64,000 nt of DNA from Camelus ferus. Taxonomy: Eukaryota. A model generated the notes under the pieces. It was not told where the DNA came from. It did no database searches and worked only from the letters and a program-made list of their open reading frames with translations. Both the position numbers and the translations under genes were made by a program. The number at the start of each line of letters is the position of its first letter. Within the stretch, counting starts at the first letter, position 1. The DNA is taken from the NCBI RefSeq assembly GCF_009834535.1, contig NC_045697.1:40922001-40986000 (forward strand). The letters are read 5' to 3'. Below, one piece after another: positions 1-12,310 of the stretch.

Positions 1-473
1 GAATACTATTCAGCCATAAAAACCGACAACATAACATCATTTGCAGCAACTTGGATGTCCCTGGAGAATGTCATTCTAAGTGAAGTAAGCAAGAAAGAGA
101 AAGAAAAATACCACGAGATCACGCATATGTGGAATCAAAATAAAAAAAGAAGAAGAAGAAGAAAAACACAAAACAGAAACAGACTCATAGACAGAATGCA
201 AACTTGTGGTTGCCAAGGGGGAGGGTGGTGGGAAGGGATAGACCGAGAATTCAAAATTTGTAGATACTGACAGGCATATGTAGAATAGATAAACAAGACT
301 ATACTGTATAGCACAGGGAAATAAATACAAGATCGTGTGGTAGCTCACAGTGAAAAAAAATGTGACAATGAATATACCTATGTTCATATATAACTGAAAA
401 ATTGTGCTCTACACTGGAATTTGACACAACATTGTAAAATGACTATAACTCAATAAAAAATGTTTAGAAAAAA
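1..473 (+). mobile_element. Lineage-specific L1 3' end (end of ORF2, 3' UTR, A tail); cut by the window edge
   Basis: gaatactattcagccataaaaa...tttgcagcaacttggatg...ctaagtgaagtaagc motifs, ending gactataactcaataaaaaa. Confidence 0.88.
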
Positions 474-1689
474 GTTGCTGAACTGATGATGCATATAGGA
501 GAGCTTTACTGTATTTTAAGTGATGATCAGCACTACATACGCCATCAACACATCAAAAGTGAACCTCCTGAAGGGGCAGATCATTTCATAACAGGGAAGT
601 TCCTCTTTTCAGGGTTTAAAATAACAAAGCTGAACTATGAAAGTAGGAAAAGACTACACACATGAATGCAAAGTGAATCACCATCACAGTTTTCCACTGC
701 GGATTACTTCTGTTAGGTTGGCAATTTACTGAAAACGGAAGACTCAGTTTAAGAGTTGCCATGAGTCAAAGTAGTCCAACAACGAATTCACAGCTGCAGG
801 TGAAACTTCAGTCTTGGAAATTAGGTGGAAGGATCTGGTTAACAGAAAATGTTCCCAAATGATGTCATGAGAGGCCACAAGGAAAAGAGCAACTGCTCTG
901 CAGAAATCAGAAGCTATCAGGACTCACAGCACGACTTCCTCTGGAGGGGAATGGAGTGCGAACATATAAGGAGGTAGAAGCAGTAGCAAATTTAAATTGA
1001 CGGTAAATTCTGCTAAGTTTCAGTGACTTACTCTGGTAAATTAAGATAACTGTACTATTTACATGTACACTTCAAACCCTAAGTGAAAAAAAAAAAGCCT
1101 ATATATAATTTCCCCTAATCTATAAGCAGATTCTCAAATTTCCAAGACGATTTTCAATTTCTGCTTCTGAAGACCCAGCAGGTCCTTATTTCTCCCCACC
1201 CACTGCCCTGGCCGCAGGTAAAACTGAGCCAGGGAGGGCCTTATCAGGCTCACCTGCCTAGTCCCCAAGCTTTAAATACCCACTATATGCAAACATAGCC
1301 CAAATTTATTATTCCCAGTGCAAAGATGTGATTTCTTTTGTTAGGATTTCTACTCATCGTGTGTGAAACTTACAGGACTTAAGCAGTGTTAAGTCATTCA
1401 GAATGGAGTCCCAGAGGCCAATGTGAACTTCTGTGTTAGTTGTTTTGAAAAGTCCACAGCAGGGCTGCAAGTGTTTTTGAGTAAAACCAATACACCTACT
1501 GACAGACTCCTTACAATGAGCCCACTGGGCCACACGACTTTAAGGATCTTCACTGGAGGACCTGACTTCACCTGCTGAGAGGTGTGGATCCACATTCCAT
1601 GTGGATGCTATCAGAGGCTCTGTCGGCAGAGAGGACAACTTCCAGCTCACACTTGTCCCATGACCGGACTGGAGACCACTGCTCGTGCC

Positions 1690-2380
1690 GAGCACCTCCT
1701 TCCTGGACTTCTCCCTGGAGTGGTTCGTTACCTCCTTTCCTATTTTCCTGACTTTGACTGACCTGTGTTGTGTGCTAATTGAATGCTGGCTCCATTTCAC
1801 GTATCTCCAATCTCCTGATTCTCACCCAGCCTTACCACTGGGCCCCACACAAACATCCAGTCCTAATATTTTCTCTGAGCTGGTCTGCTGCTGACGACTG
1901 CCAACTTGTCGTGTTTACCTGGAAATACAATGCCATCTCAAACTTAATATACAATCTATTCAGAGCTCTTGGATGTCCCTCCAAACCTGTTCTGCCCAGG
2001 TCAACTCCATCTCAGTAACAGGTATCATCCCACCATCCACACCTTTCAAGTAAAAAAAACAAAAATCTAAGGGCCTTTCTTGATTTCTCACTTTCTCTGG
2101 TGCCTGCGACCCACTCCCATCTCCAGTCAATCACAAAGCCCTGTCAGTCCCTTGCCCAGTGTATCTGGAATCTGTCCACTTCTCACTACGCCCACTGCTA
2201 GTATCCTACTCTGAGCCATCACCATTTCCCACCACCTAACTGGCCTCCCTACTTCTGCCACCCTTCACCCTCCATGCCATTTTCCACCCATGAGCCTGAA
2301 CGGTCCTTTTCAAAAGAGAAAGTACATATATCACTCCCCTACTCAAGATCCTCCAACGGTCTCCATTCAAACTTAACAAG
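1690..2380 (+). mobile_element. L2 fragment
   Basis: Pyrimidine-rich L2-type sequence: atctcaaacttaat...ccagtcaatcacaaagccctgtc...cctaactggcctccct...tcactcccctactcaag. Confidence 0.65.
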
Positions 2381-2527
2381 CAGAAGTAGAAAGACCAAAG
2401 AACTGAGGGTTCTAGCTCTGGCTCTGCTACCAACTAAACTGCAGCAAAATTAAGCGAGTTCACCCTCCTCTGCCTTATTTGAAAAATCAACGGGCTGCAG
2501 ATTGAGCTTTAAAATTCTAACATTCTA

Positions 2528-2656
2528 GGTGGGGAGGGTATAGCTGAGTGGTAGAGCGCATGCTTAGCATGCACAAGGTCCTGGGTTCAATCCCTAGTAC
2601 CTCCATTAAAATAAATGATTAAAAACCTACTTACCCCGTCCCCGTCAAAAACAATT
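2528..2656 (+). mobile_element. tRNA-Ala-derived SINE (camelid vic-1 type)
   Basis: gggtatagctgagtggtagagcgcatgcttagcatgcacaaggtcctgggttcaatccctagtacctcca head plus AT-rich tail. TSD aaaattctaacattcta at 2511-2527 and 2657-2673. Confidence 0.92.
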
Positions 2657-3707
2657 AAAATTCTAACATTCTAAATCCAGTATACAATTTTACATGCCCG
2701 CCTCAGCTTATTTCATTTCCCCCTTTCAGTAAAATGCCTATTTCTTAAGTCCTGCACCTAAGCACATCCACTCCAGCCCAGGGTCCACAATCAGGAACAC
2801 TCACACAGAGATGCCACAGTTTACCTCTCACTTTCGTATGTTAACTTCAGGCAGAAAAGAGGGCTAAAATGAAGCGCGGCCTTCCATGTGGGCAGGTCTG
2901 CCTCTGCTGTGGTAACTCTACAGCTGGAAGGCATCCATGTGAGACGGCGGAGTCCTGGCTATACCCTCAGAGGGGTTGTTCCAAGCTGCCTTACATCTTC
3001 CAGGTGACACAAAACTAAAACCAAATGCCCAGAGACAAACCCAGTGCAGATTTAGTGCTCTAGCCTCTACGTAGTCAGAATACTGCCCTTCGGATAAGTT
3101 TTTCTAAGATTAAGTTTTAACGGTGAGAATGGCCTCTCCTAGAAAGGAATACTATTTTTTAAGGAGAACCAAGTGAAATACATAAACCAACCGCTTCCTA
3201 TGAAGTGAGAGGACAGAAAGTAGCAAGGAACCCACACAGCATGGCTTAAGAACGAAGCAGCACCGGACAGACAAGATGACTTTCCCGTTCGGGGTCATTT
3301 TCTAAAATACTGTTTGATGGAAGCAGTGGAGTAGGGGGAGCAATGAAACAAACCACAAAACCCTCACACTCAGAAAGCCAGGAAAGAAAACCTCCTCTGA
3401 CTTGCCCTAGGACAAATTAAGCAAATAAAGGAAAACCACTTAGCTACCCCAACCCTCCTTCTCGGAGCTCAACCAACAGCCAACTTCCCCTTCTGCCCCG
3501 GCATTCTCTGTCCTCCGGCCCCAGTGCCACAAACAGCCAAGACATCACTAATGTGCTCCTTCATATACATATGCTCTGTGGCTAATTCCCTGCTTTTTCT
3601 GTCTCCCACCTCTACGTTTTCCTCTGATTCCCTAGAATATCAAAATTTGAGATTTTAAAAATCCAATCTACGTATTTTATAAGCCATTACAAAGCAGCCA
3701 TTTTAGT

Positions 3708-3815
3708 GAACAGGAATGTGTCTATGTGTATGACTGAAACACTATTCTATACTCCAGAAAGTGACACAAAATTGTAAACTGACTGTACTTCAATTAAAAA
3801 ACAAACCAAAAAAAC
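3708..3815 (+). mobile_element. Short L1 3' end
   Basis: tgtatgactgaaacactattctatactccagaaagtgacacaaaattgtaaactgactgtacttcaattaaaaaa. Confidence 0.75.
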
Positions 3816-5839
3816 ATTTTATTGGGTCTCTGAACAGAAAATTAAAAGTAAGCCTGTGAAATGTGAGTTCTCACTAGAAAGAACTAGACCAAATCTAAAA
3901 TCCAGCTAGCGCCAATATCCGTGCTTCCCAGATTCACTACCTCTTCATTACAAGTTCTTTGCTGAGAGCCCTCCATCTGCCCGACCCCCGAGTTTCATCC
4001 TCCCAAGGGCTTCAAGGCAGTTGGCACCTCAGCTGCCACTGGCCTGGGAACCCTGATCAGAGACCAGAGGGAGCCATTGTGTTAAAATGAATGCTGACTG
4101 CAAGCACAGGCTGAAGATGAAAAGTTCACATCTACTCAGTTGTTGATAGCAGATCAAGAAAAGCCAAGAAAACTCCATTCTCTCATCACCAAACTTACCG
4201 AGGATTTTGTTTGTTTCATATGCAAGGGCCATCTAATATAGTCCTATGTTTGAAAAATATATTAAATCTGAGGAGCTTTAAAATGTCGGAGAAATCTCAA
4301 CTCATCTTTTTTCCATCAAGAAAACAAAAGTTTAACTGGGATCCTCTTGCCTAAAAGGTCTACTGGTAAACCTATTGGTGGAATTTACATGGGTCCACTG
4401 TGTTAAGGCTGACATTTGGAACTTCCTCTCTGCACCTAGTAGCAGACAGCTAATTGTTTCATGACCTCCACACTAGACTGTCATCTCCCTGGGGGAGGGG
4501 CAAGGGCTTTTTGGCACCTCACCCTATATTTATGCATACTGGTTGGACATTTGGTAGACAATGCAAATATTTGCTAATTTGTCTCTAAGTTATTTTAAAG
4601 CAAATTTGAGTTGCTTAGTTTTCTTTTTAAAGAAAGAATGTTAAAATGTCCCCTTACCCTTTTTTTTTTAAACTAGGAAAGCAGAACAGACCTTAGTTGA
4701 TAAATCAAGCAAAGAAAATTCCATTAAGTTCTTTACCGTCTGAATCACAAGGTAGGCTAGCTAACTATAGGAGGAGGGAGGACCTCACTTTATTCTTCTC
4801 CATCTTCATTCTGTTCCCTATCCATCCCTACTGCCTATCACAGCCCAAAATGTTCAATAAATGGCTCACTGCAGTGAATCTGCATAACTTAACGGGGTTA
4901 AAGGGAGAGTTCTGGCGTCTTGGTCATTTCTACCATCCGCTTTACTCCCCTCCTCTAATATTTCCTCAGCCTCCAAACCTTTCCTTTTCCAAACCTCCAA
5001 ACATTCTGAAGACATCTGGAGATACTCCAGCTCAGGAGCTGACTGCGGACAGAACGTTAACCTCTTCTAAACCAAAAGCTGACACCACAAAGGAATAGAT
5101 TTTCCTCCTTCAAGATAAGGGTTCTTTCTGGCTAAAAGATCTTGGAGACTTCTTTTTTTCCATTCTTACGGCATTTTACTTCTAGCACTATGTAAAACTG
5201 GTATCTGGGCACAGCATTTGAGCAGTGGATATGCAAATTAGAATGTTTATCCAACAGATGTAACTAAACCACAGACTTTACCTCAACAGATTAGGGCTAA
5301 AATAAATTCACTTCAAACATTTCACTTTGCACTATTAATCCGAATTTGAGTAACTTGTGCTAAGTTAAAATTTCAGTGATAGGATGTGTGCTCTGATTCA
5401 CTTCAAACACCGTTTGTCAAAAGGAGCAGATAAAGGAGTTTTCCCTTTGTTTAAAAAGATAAAGTACTTTGGTTATTCGAAAAAGCCATAGCTGAGGAAC
5501 ATTCTGTATAATTTGTGACTCACTCTCAAATGAGAAGTCACCACAACCCTACTCTTCTTTGGTAGGTGGTAAATAAAATGTATTAGAACAGAAATTTAGT
5601 TTCAAAGTTTCTTACAATTTATAGGGAACAAATCTTTAAAAATTAATACTTGGTCTTCGACATTCTGACCTCTGACCTCGTTTTCACTTTTTTATGGTTT
5701 GGATCTGAGGAAAAACCAACTGGGGCTGAGGAAGTATTAACCACCCCCCCCAAATCTGTCTTCTTTACACTGTCTTTAAAGCCAGTGTTCCCCAAAACCA
5801 AAAAAAGTCAGACAGTTCCAAACCTTCCAGAAACTGTCT

Positions 5840-5970
5840 CATGATAGAAATGTCTTCTGTGTTGATTGGGTTGTGGGTCGTACAGGTGTGTACATTTTTC
5901 AAAACACAGCAAACTGTTCCCATCCCACTATTTCACTGTATGTCAATTATGGCTCAATAAAAAAGATTTT
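5840..5970 (+). mobile_element. Old L1 3' end
   Basis: acaggtgtgtacatttttcaaaac...tttcactgtatgtcaattatggctcaataaaaa. Confidence 0.65.
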
Positions 5971-6179
5971 TTAAAACTTTCTACATATCACATTTCAGTA
6001 CCTGTCATCAGTAATCCATCTCAGACCTGAGTTTTTTGTGGGTCAACAAGATTCCAAAGCCAGAAAGGAATCTCCCTAAACAAAGGTCACTGACACCCCT
6101 GCCCCCAATTCTCTGGAAACTTCCACCTCAAATCTTTCCTCATCCTGGAATTGACCCCGATGTGAAAGATTCCACTCAC

Positions 6180-7091
6180 CTCGACGGACTGAGAAGGCAT
6201 TTTCAGCTTAGTGAGCTTGGCTTTGGCAGGCACTTTTAAGTCTGTCTTTTCAAAGGTCTGTGGCCGGTAGTCCTCTGGCAGTGGTTTCAGTTCAGGAGAC
6301 TCACTAGGAGCCTGATCTTGACCATCCATGGGCCGGACATAAGCCGTGGGCTTCTGCTGCATTGCAACGCTTTTTGAGGGGAGTGGGGGTGGGGGGAAAG
6401 TCTGAGAAGGTGGCTGGGGAGGGGCTACCCCAAGGCTGGCAACCGCCACTGAACTGTCTTGTGGGGTCTCTTTATCATGGCCCTTTCCCACCGGGTCCTT
6501 GGGAGATTTGGCCGGGCAGTAGCCTTTATTGTTACTGCTACTGCTGTGAACCTTGCTGCTTCCTTGCGTCCTGGGAAGAGTCTGCTGGTTGGAATGTACA
6601 GGTGACAAGGGGGGCACTGGGGAAGGCAGAGAGGAGAACAAAGGAGAAAGCGCCCTCTCTGGAGCGGAGTCTGTCATGGAAGCACAGTGGTCTCCGTCAG
6701 CCCTGCGGTCACCTTTTTTGGGATGACCAGAGCCGTACCCCTCCTGACCAAGGCGCTCCTGAGTCAGGTGCTGGCCATCCGGTGGGCCGTAGCTTTTGAC
6801 GTGGAGACTCGGCATTGGTTCCATTCTTGGCTGCGCCATCTTTGGGTTACCAACAGGAAGTGGTCCGGAGGCAGGAGTGTTAACAGGCTGGTGGTGGACA
6901 CTAGAGTGGAAGGAGTGGGATGGAATGCTGCTCCCCTTCTCAGGAAATAAAGGATATCTCGGCTTTGCCAACCTATTTTCGGAAGCATCCAAGCGCTGAG
7001 GGTGGGACTTGGAACTAAGGAACTCCTTCACTTCTTCATAGTTTCCCAACATGTTCTGTAATCGACTGGATAGCTCATCACCTTTATCTGT
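6180..7091 (-). CDS. AFF1: AFF1 large 912-nt coding exon (TDKGDELSSRLQNMLGNYEE...KLKMPSQSVE)
   Basis: Acceptor gtctttttgcag|ACA and donor GTCGAG|gtgagt; 304 codons, phase 0-0. Lies inside ORF 6087..7097. Contains the ALF-family motifs GDELSSRxQNMLGNYEE and QQKPTAYVRPMDGQDQAP. Confidence 0.97.
6330..6350 (-). other. AFF1: Codons for the SIAH-binding degron PTAYVRP (PxAxVxP) of AFF1
   Basis: CCC ACG GCT TAT GTC CGG CCC on the minus strand; motif conserved across AFF family proteins. Confidence 0.9.
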
Positions 7092-7480
7092 CTGCAAAAA
7101 GACAGCAGAGTTAGATACTAAGGGTGGAAAGGGGGAGGAAAACCACCGTTTAATAAGCCATGTTAAGTGATGTCATTATAAAAGAAACACCTTGATTTAA
7201 TGTGAAACACAGAATTTAACGTGCAATTTTAACTCAATTCCCCTGTTCAAAAGCCTGTCATGGACAAATACTACCAAATACAGGAGACTAACATTACAAA
7301 AGAAAACCACAAACTTTGGTAATTTTGACTAGCAAGGTTCAGAGAATTTTCATATTTTGTATTCAACAATTTCTAGGATAAATTGTCCTATTTTCACAGT
7401 TGTGACCCTTGTTCAAATTCACTTTCATCTCAAAGTCAAATATGGTGATAAAATCAGACTCTCGCGCATACAAGAAATAC

Positions 7481-7601
7481 CTTGTAGGGCTCGCCAAAGA
7501 GCGGGACCTTTTCAGAAAATGTCTCTTTCTCTTGATGAGCTTCCTGGTTGCGTCTTTCCTTCTCTTTAATTCGAAGCAGGTTTCTGTCTTCATTGTACAA
7601 G
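7481..7601 (-). CDS. AFF1: AFF1 121-nt coding exon ([40 protein letters not shown])
   Basis: Acceptor ...ttttgtggcatctgaagcag|C and donor TACAAG|gtattt. Phase 2 in, phase 0 out. Translation matches the AF4/FMR2 N-terminus with the LFGEP cyclin T1-binding motif. Absent from the ORF track because it has no start codon of its own. Confidence 0.96.
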
Positions 7602-10600
7602 CTGCTTCAGATGCCACAAAAGAACAAAAACAAAGTTTATCAGTATCTGGGCTTTGCTGTGCATATGCGCATGTGTGAGGGAGGCAAGGACTGCTCAAGC
7701 AGCAGCAGCAACAAGGAAGCTGACTTAAAGAAAGCGTAAATCCCTCAACCCATTCCCAGATTAAATTAAGGCCTCAGTCAACTGGCCATGACCCTCCAGC
7801 CTTGGGTCTTGGCTCTGGAAACCAAAATTTTCACTCTGGGCTACTGCCTTCATGACTCAGGACTGACTCCAAACGGGACAGTCTTTTATAGGTAGTGGTG
7901 GAACCAAGACAAGATTTATAATATTTTTACTTCCAGCTTGCAAAACACAGGGTAGAGGTAGAAGCTTTTCATCTGAAGGAGTCAGCAGGATGTGAACTGT
8001 GAAAAGGCTGTTTTCCTGGATCAGTACTGTACATTTTAGAAGATTAAAATCAAAAGGCTTATTTTGTAATTAAAAGATTACCAGGCACCCAAAACAGCAT
8101 TTACTTTATTTTCTGCCCACTCCACTGGAAGTGTCTTGGCATGTAAACCTGAAAAGATAATTTGTATTTCTCATTTCAGGTGTCAAGGACGGGAAAATCC
8201 AATTTTAGATACCAGCTTTATCTACTGAGAAACCTATCATCGACTTAAACAATATAAAAATGTATCCTAAATCATCAGCCCTGGCACCAAAGGAGTTAAA
8301 AATGCATCTACTGTCAAACAAATCACAAAGATGGAAACCAAAGAGCCCAGTTTTTGATATGAACTAAAAGTGGGCTTGCCTGAGGTCAGCAACTTGGGCC
8401 ACGCCCTCCCAACCCCAACATGTGACATGCAATAATGAAAATAAGAACCATAAGTCAACTTTTGTCCTCATAGACTTGCTTTAGGGTATCTACTGAATCC
8501 CTCCCCCCAACGTCACCACAACGTTATTTGAATAAATAAGAAAACATTCAACTGCCTCTCCAAGACTGTCTACCTTCAGAGATTCCAGCCTTGATGTCAG
8601 ACACCCTCCTTCACTCCTTCCTGGCCTCTCTCCCCTCTCAGGACTTCTCTGATTTCCTCTGACAAAAGCCTGCCTGCTGGTCTCCTGCCCCCCAACCCCA
8701 AGTCTTGTCCCTATAATTTAGCATTCTTATGGAAGGAAATCTGATCTAGGACTCTGGTTTTCAGGTTACTATATCCATACTCTAAAATAACAAGCGTTCG
8801 ATGGCTCTTTATTGCTGCAGAATAAACCCTAAATCCGTGCTTTGGCATTAAAATTCCCCCATAATCTAGTGCAGATCTACCCTAGAAATTACCTGTCTCC
8901 CCACAGACCTACTACATGCATTCTAACAGTCATGTCCATGCCCCAAACATCTGTGAAGGGCAGCCTCTTGCTCCAATCCCCCGACCGTAGAACCTTCTAC
9001 TGAAAGATAACCAGTTCTTCCAGGACCAGTTGATCTACAAAGTTCAATGCTTCTGCAAACCACCTCTATATTCCAGGCACACCAGGTGACTCCCTGCTCC
9101 CTAGTGATATCCTGGACTTGGATACTTTCATTCTAATCCCACGAATTTCCTCTGCCTCTCTCAACCACATACCTCTATCCCCAATTTTCAACTACCAGCA
9201 CATCTCGGGTGATTCCAACTGCACCCACCCTAAAGGCTTCCTCAAAGCTACCAAGTATGTGCTGATTTAACATACTGATTGGTTCTCTCGCCTTCTCCCC
9301 TTTCCTCTTGAATGTGAACCCCATCATAATAGAACCTCTCATATTTTTATCCTGGTGCTAATGCATGGTATTTTGAATAGGCACAAAACATTTAAGTTTT
9401 TTAATTAAAAAACAGCTACTATCTTACAGCCTATCTTTATGAATTTACTTGTAACTTTTAAAAAAACTTAACTCCAGAATGCACATGCAAAAACAGTTTT
9501 TAAACTGTTAAAATCTGTAACCATCTAAAAAATGATTGTCTGCTATTTCCATAACCTTTCAATCTACAGGTTGAGGGTGGGGGTAATTAACTCACTAGAC
9601 TGAATTCACTGGGAAGTAGTAAAGAATAATCTGCTTAGACTGTTGTATCAAAAACTTTCCCTAGATAATGGATGTCTTGGTATCAGATTTCAAGAGAACT
9701 ACAAAGTGAACACTTATATTAGTCGACATACTGGCTCTTCTATGGAGTCTTCTTTAATAACAGAGTCTGAATTGCACACGTCTCGGACATTAGACTTACT
9801 TCTGGTGGACAGCAGCACAGTGGTGACCACTCAAGAATTCCTTTCTATTGTTTTATGATTTTGGTAGTTCTTGTTGGCTCAAAAAAAAGAAAAAAAAGCC
9901 ACGTAGCATTAACATCCAACCATGAGAGCCAAGTAAGAGGGCTGAGCAAGAAGAAACTTTTTCCTTCAACCGCCACTTTGTTTGCAGGAGGGGTAGGTCA
10001 TACAACTGTCTTCTAAGCAACTTGAACTCTCAAGCTTCTCTTCCCCAGAGCTACCTGGTACAGGCAACCCGCGCAGAAGGGGAAGCAGCTTTGCAAGGGC
10101 ATCTGCCTTGCTGTTCTCACCACAGGGGGGTTGTCCCTTGTCCGATTCTGCTGGTTACAACAGTGGGGCCTCCGCAGCTTGACTGGCTTATGAGCACTCA
10201 TGGCCTGTGGCTCTGCTTTAAGAGGCAGAGCTCTGCCTGCTTCTGAGAAATTGCTACCTCTGTCTCAGAAAACGGAACCCAAATGGCAAAATCCTCAGTC
10301 ACGTGAAAAGTGAGCGTGTGTAACCGTAGCACCTCAACTGTCAGACTGCTCGAGGTCCTCGCTTAATTTTCCTGTCAACAATACACGCATCTTTAAGAAA
10401 AGCTACATTGGTTTAAAATTACTAAAGTGTTTCTAAATCAATCAGCTCAGCTTCAGCTCAGCATCGATTAGGTTTCATCACACTTCTAGATTTTCTTTCC
10501 AAAATAATAAAAGCTGCTACAGAAATAACTCAATTTTACAAAATTCCAAACACTGGTTTATTGCTATGTGATTCAAAAACTGAAGTGCGGGCCTCCCACC

Positions 10601-11104
10601 AGGAGGAAATTCTACTAAATTAAGGATTGTGCTTAATTAAATGTTTAACCACATTAGTTTTTTTTTAAAAAAAGTTAAGTAGCCACACCCAGATGTTATT
10701 GGCAGGCATGTGTAATACCATTCCAATTCTGACATGAGCTTTGAATCTATTTTTTTTTTTTTTATCCACCATCACCCTTCAACTGAAAAACCCACAAGTA
10801 GTGAGGTGAGGAAAAAACATCACAAGTGTCACTGGTAGGATGAGTTTTATGAGGTCTAGACTTAGTACTAGAGAGAAACTCACTCTCACCCACACTGTCT
10901 GCTGGGCAACTCCCTCCTGGGCCTTGCTCACCAAGGCTCCTGGGCAGGGCAGAGGAAGGCAGGAGAGACAGGAAGTGACCAGTCCAAGTCCCAGGACAGC
11001 ACAGGGTAAGCCGGGAGCTCTCATTCTTCTGGGCTGTCTACCTTCTCCTTGCAACTAATAGGGTTTTGCCAGCCATATGGGGTAGCTTTCTGGTTTATTA
11101 AGCT

Positions 11105-11220
11105 TTTTTCTTTTTTCAATTTTTGGGGGAAGTAATTAGGTTTATTTCTTTTTTAATCAAGGTGCTGGGGATTGAACCCAGGACCTCATGCATGCTAAGC
11201 TAAGCTATACCCTCCCCCTC
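11105..11220 (-). mobile_element. tRNA-Ala-derived SINE with an internal deletion in the A-box/D-arm region
   Basis: Reverse complement of the SINE head and tail. catgctaagc-taagctatac lacks ~14 nt present in the other copies. Confidence 0.88.
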
Positions 11221-11669
11221 TAGCTTTTACTTATTAAGTTTGCAATGGCTTAAGGAATGGTTTGTTAAAGTGTCAGGTAAATCTTTTCGTGATATTTTCT
11301 TTTTCTTGGTTCCATTTTGAAATCAGGGGAAGTTTACATTTAAAAAACATTAACACAATTAGTAACAGGAGTAAGCCATTGTTCAGCCTCTTACATACAA
11401 ATCATTGTTTTTAAACTAAGGTGAGAGGAAGGAGAGGGTGGGTGGAAGAATTTTAAATGAGGGGATTTTAGGAAGCAATAAATGTCCTACGTGACTCATA
11501 AACTCTGTAATTACTTTTGAATAATTACAAGCTGACTACCACTTCATTTAATTAAAGGTAGCAGTTCTTCCTCTGGTATGAAGGGAAAACGCTTCCTCGC
11601 TCTCACAGGATAACCTCATCCCAACATCAGCCCCGTCACACTTTGTCACTGTTCACACAGAGTGAGTTA

Positions 11670-11794
11670 CAGCTGGCCCTCCGTATCCCGAGACGGGGAA
11701 CGCACAGATGTGGGGGGCCCACTGCACCAGGCCATTTCCCATGAGGGACTTGAGCACCCTGGAACCCACCCCCGTGGACACCAAGGGACGACTG
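11670..11794. mobile_element. Short MER2-like (TcMar-Tigger) MITE
   Basis: TA-flanked imperfect TIRs cagctggccctccgtatcc / ggacaccaagggacgactg. Confidence 0.72.
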
Positions 11795-11842
11795 TACAAG
11801 TCCTCCTTCACTGATTTCTCCACAGCTCTCTGCGTTAGAAAA

Positions 11843-12010
11843 GAGGTCCTCAAACTTCTGTGAGCATCAGAAGCACCTAGAGGACTTGCTCAAACACAGA
11901 TCTCAGAGACCTGCCCCTCCCCCAAGAGTTTCTGATTCAGTGATTCTGATGTGGCACCAGAGACATACGCATGTTGAGCAAGTTTCTAGGTGGTTCTGAA
12001 GAGCACAAGG
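11843..12010. mobile_element. MER5-like hAT MITE
   Basis: ctcaaactt...gcatcagaagcacctagaggacttgctcaaacacagat...tttctgattcagt...aagtttctaggtggttctga. Confidence 0.65.
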
Positions 12011-12139
12011 GAGCAGTCTTTGGGGGCTGCATGGACTGCTTTAGGCTGTGCCAGTAATGACAGCAAGGGTGAGAGGAGTGGCGCCAAGGAGGGCTCCCAC
12101 TTAGCACCTGCTCCCCGGGGGGCACTGCTTTAGACGCAG

Positions 12140-12310
12140 CACATTGGTCTCCTATTTAATGCTCACAACGACTCTGAGAGAGGGAGAATATGAACTCCAT
12201 TTCCCAGGTGAGAAAATAAGGCTCAGAGATTAATTTACCAGGAAATGGTAGGCCTGCAAATTCAAACACAGGTCTGCCTGGCACCAAAACTGGTGTTCTG
12301 AATCACAGTT
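12140..12310 (-). mobile_element. MIR
   Basis: tttaatgctcacaac...ccatttcccaggtgagaaaataaggctcagag...ttcaaacacaggtctgcctgg. Confidence 0.6.

Noticed and set aside
2535..2606. Apparent tRNA-Ala(AGC) gene (and similar heads at 25603, 43075 and 60966)
   Set aside because: Each has a SINE tail, mostly with TSDs, and substitutions in stems or promoter boxes. These are tRNA-derived SINEs, not tRNA genes.
6362..6999. Plus-strand ORFs (145, 87 and 67 aa) overlapping the AFF1 exon
   Set aside because: Antisense shadows of a GC-rich coding exon with no recognisable protein features.
6087..7097. 336-aa ORF as a single-exon gene
   Set aside because: It starts at an intronic TTG inside the splice acceptor and runs past a canonical donor. 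It is the internal AFF1 exon 6180-7091 plus flanks.
7363..7698. 111-aa minus-strand ORF over the small exon
   Set aside because: Wrong frame. The AFF1 peptide is encoded in a different frame between splice sites 7601 and 7481.
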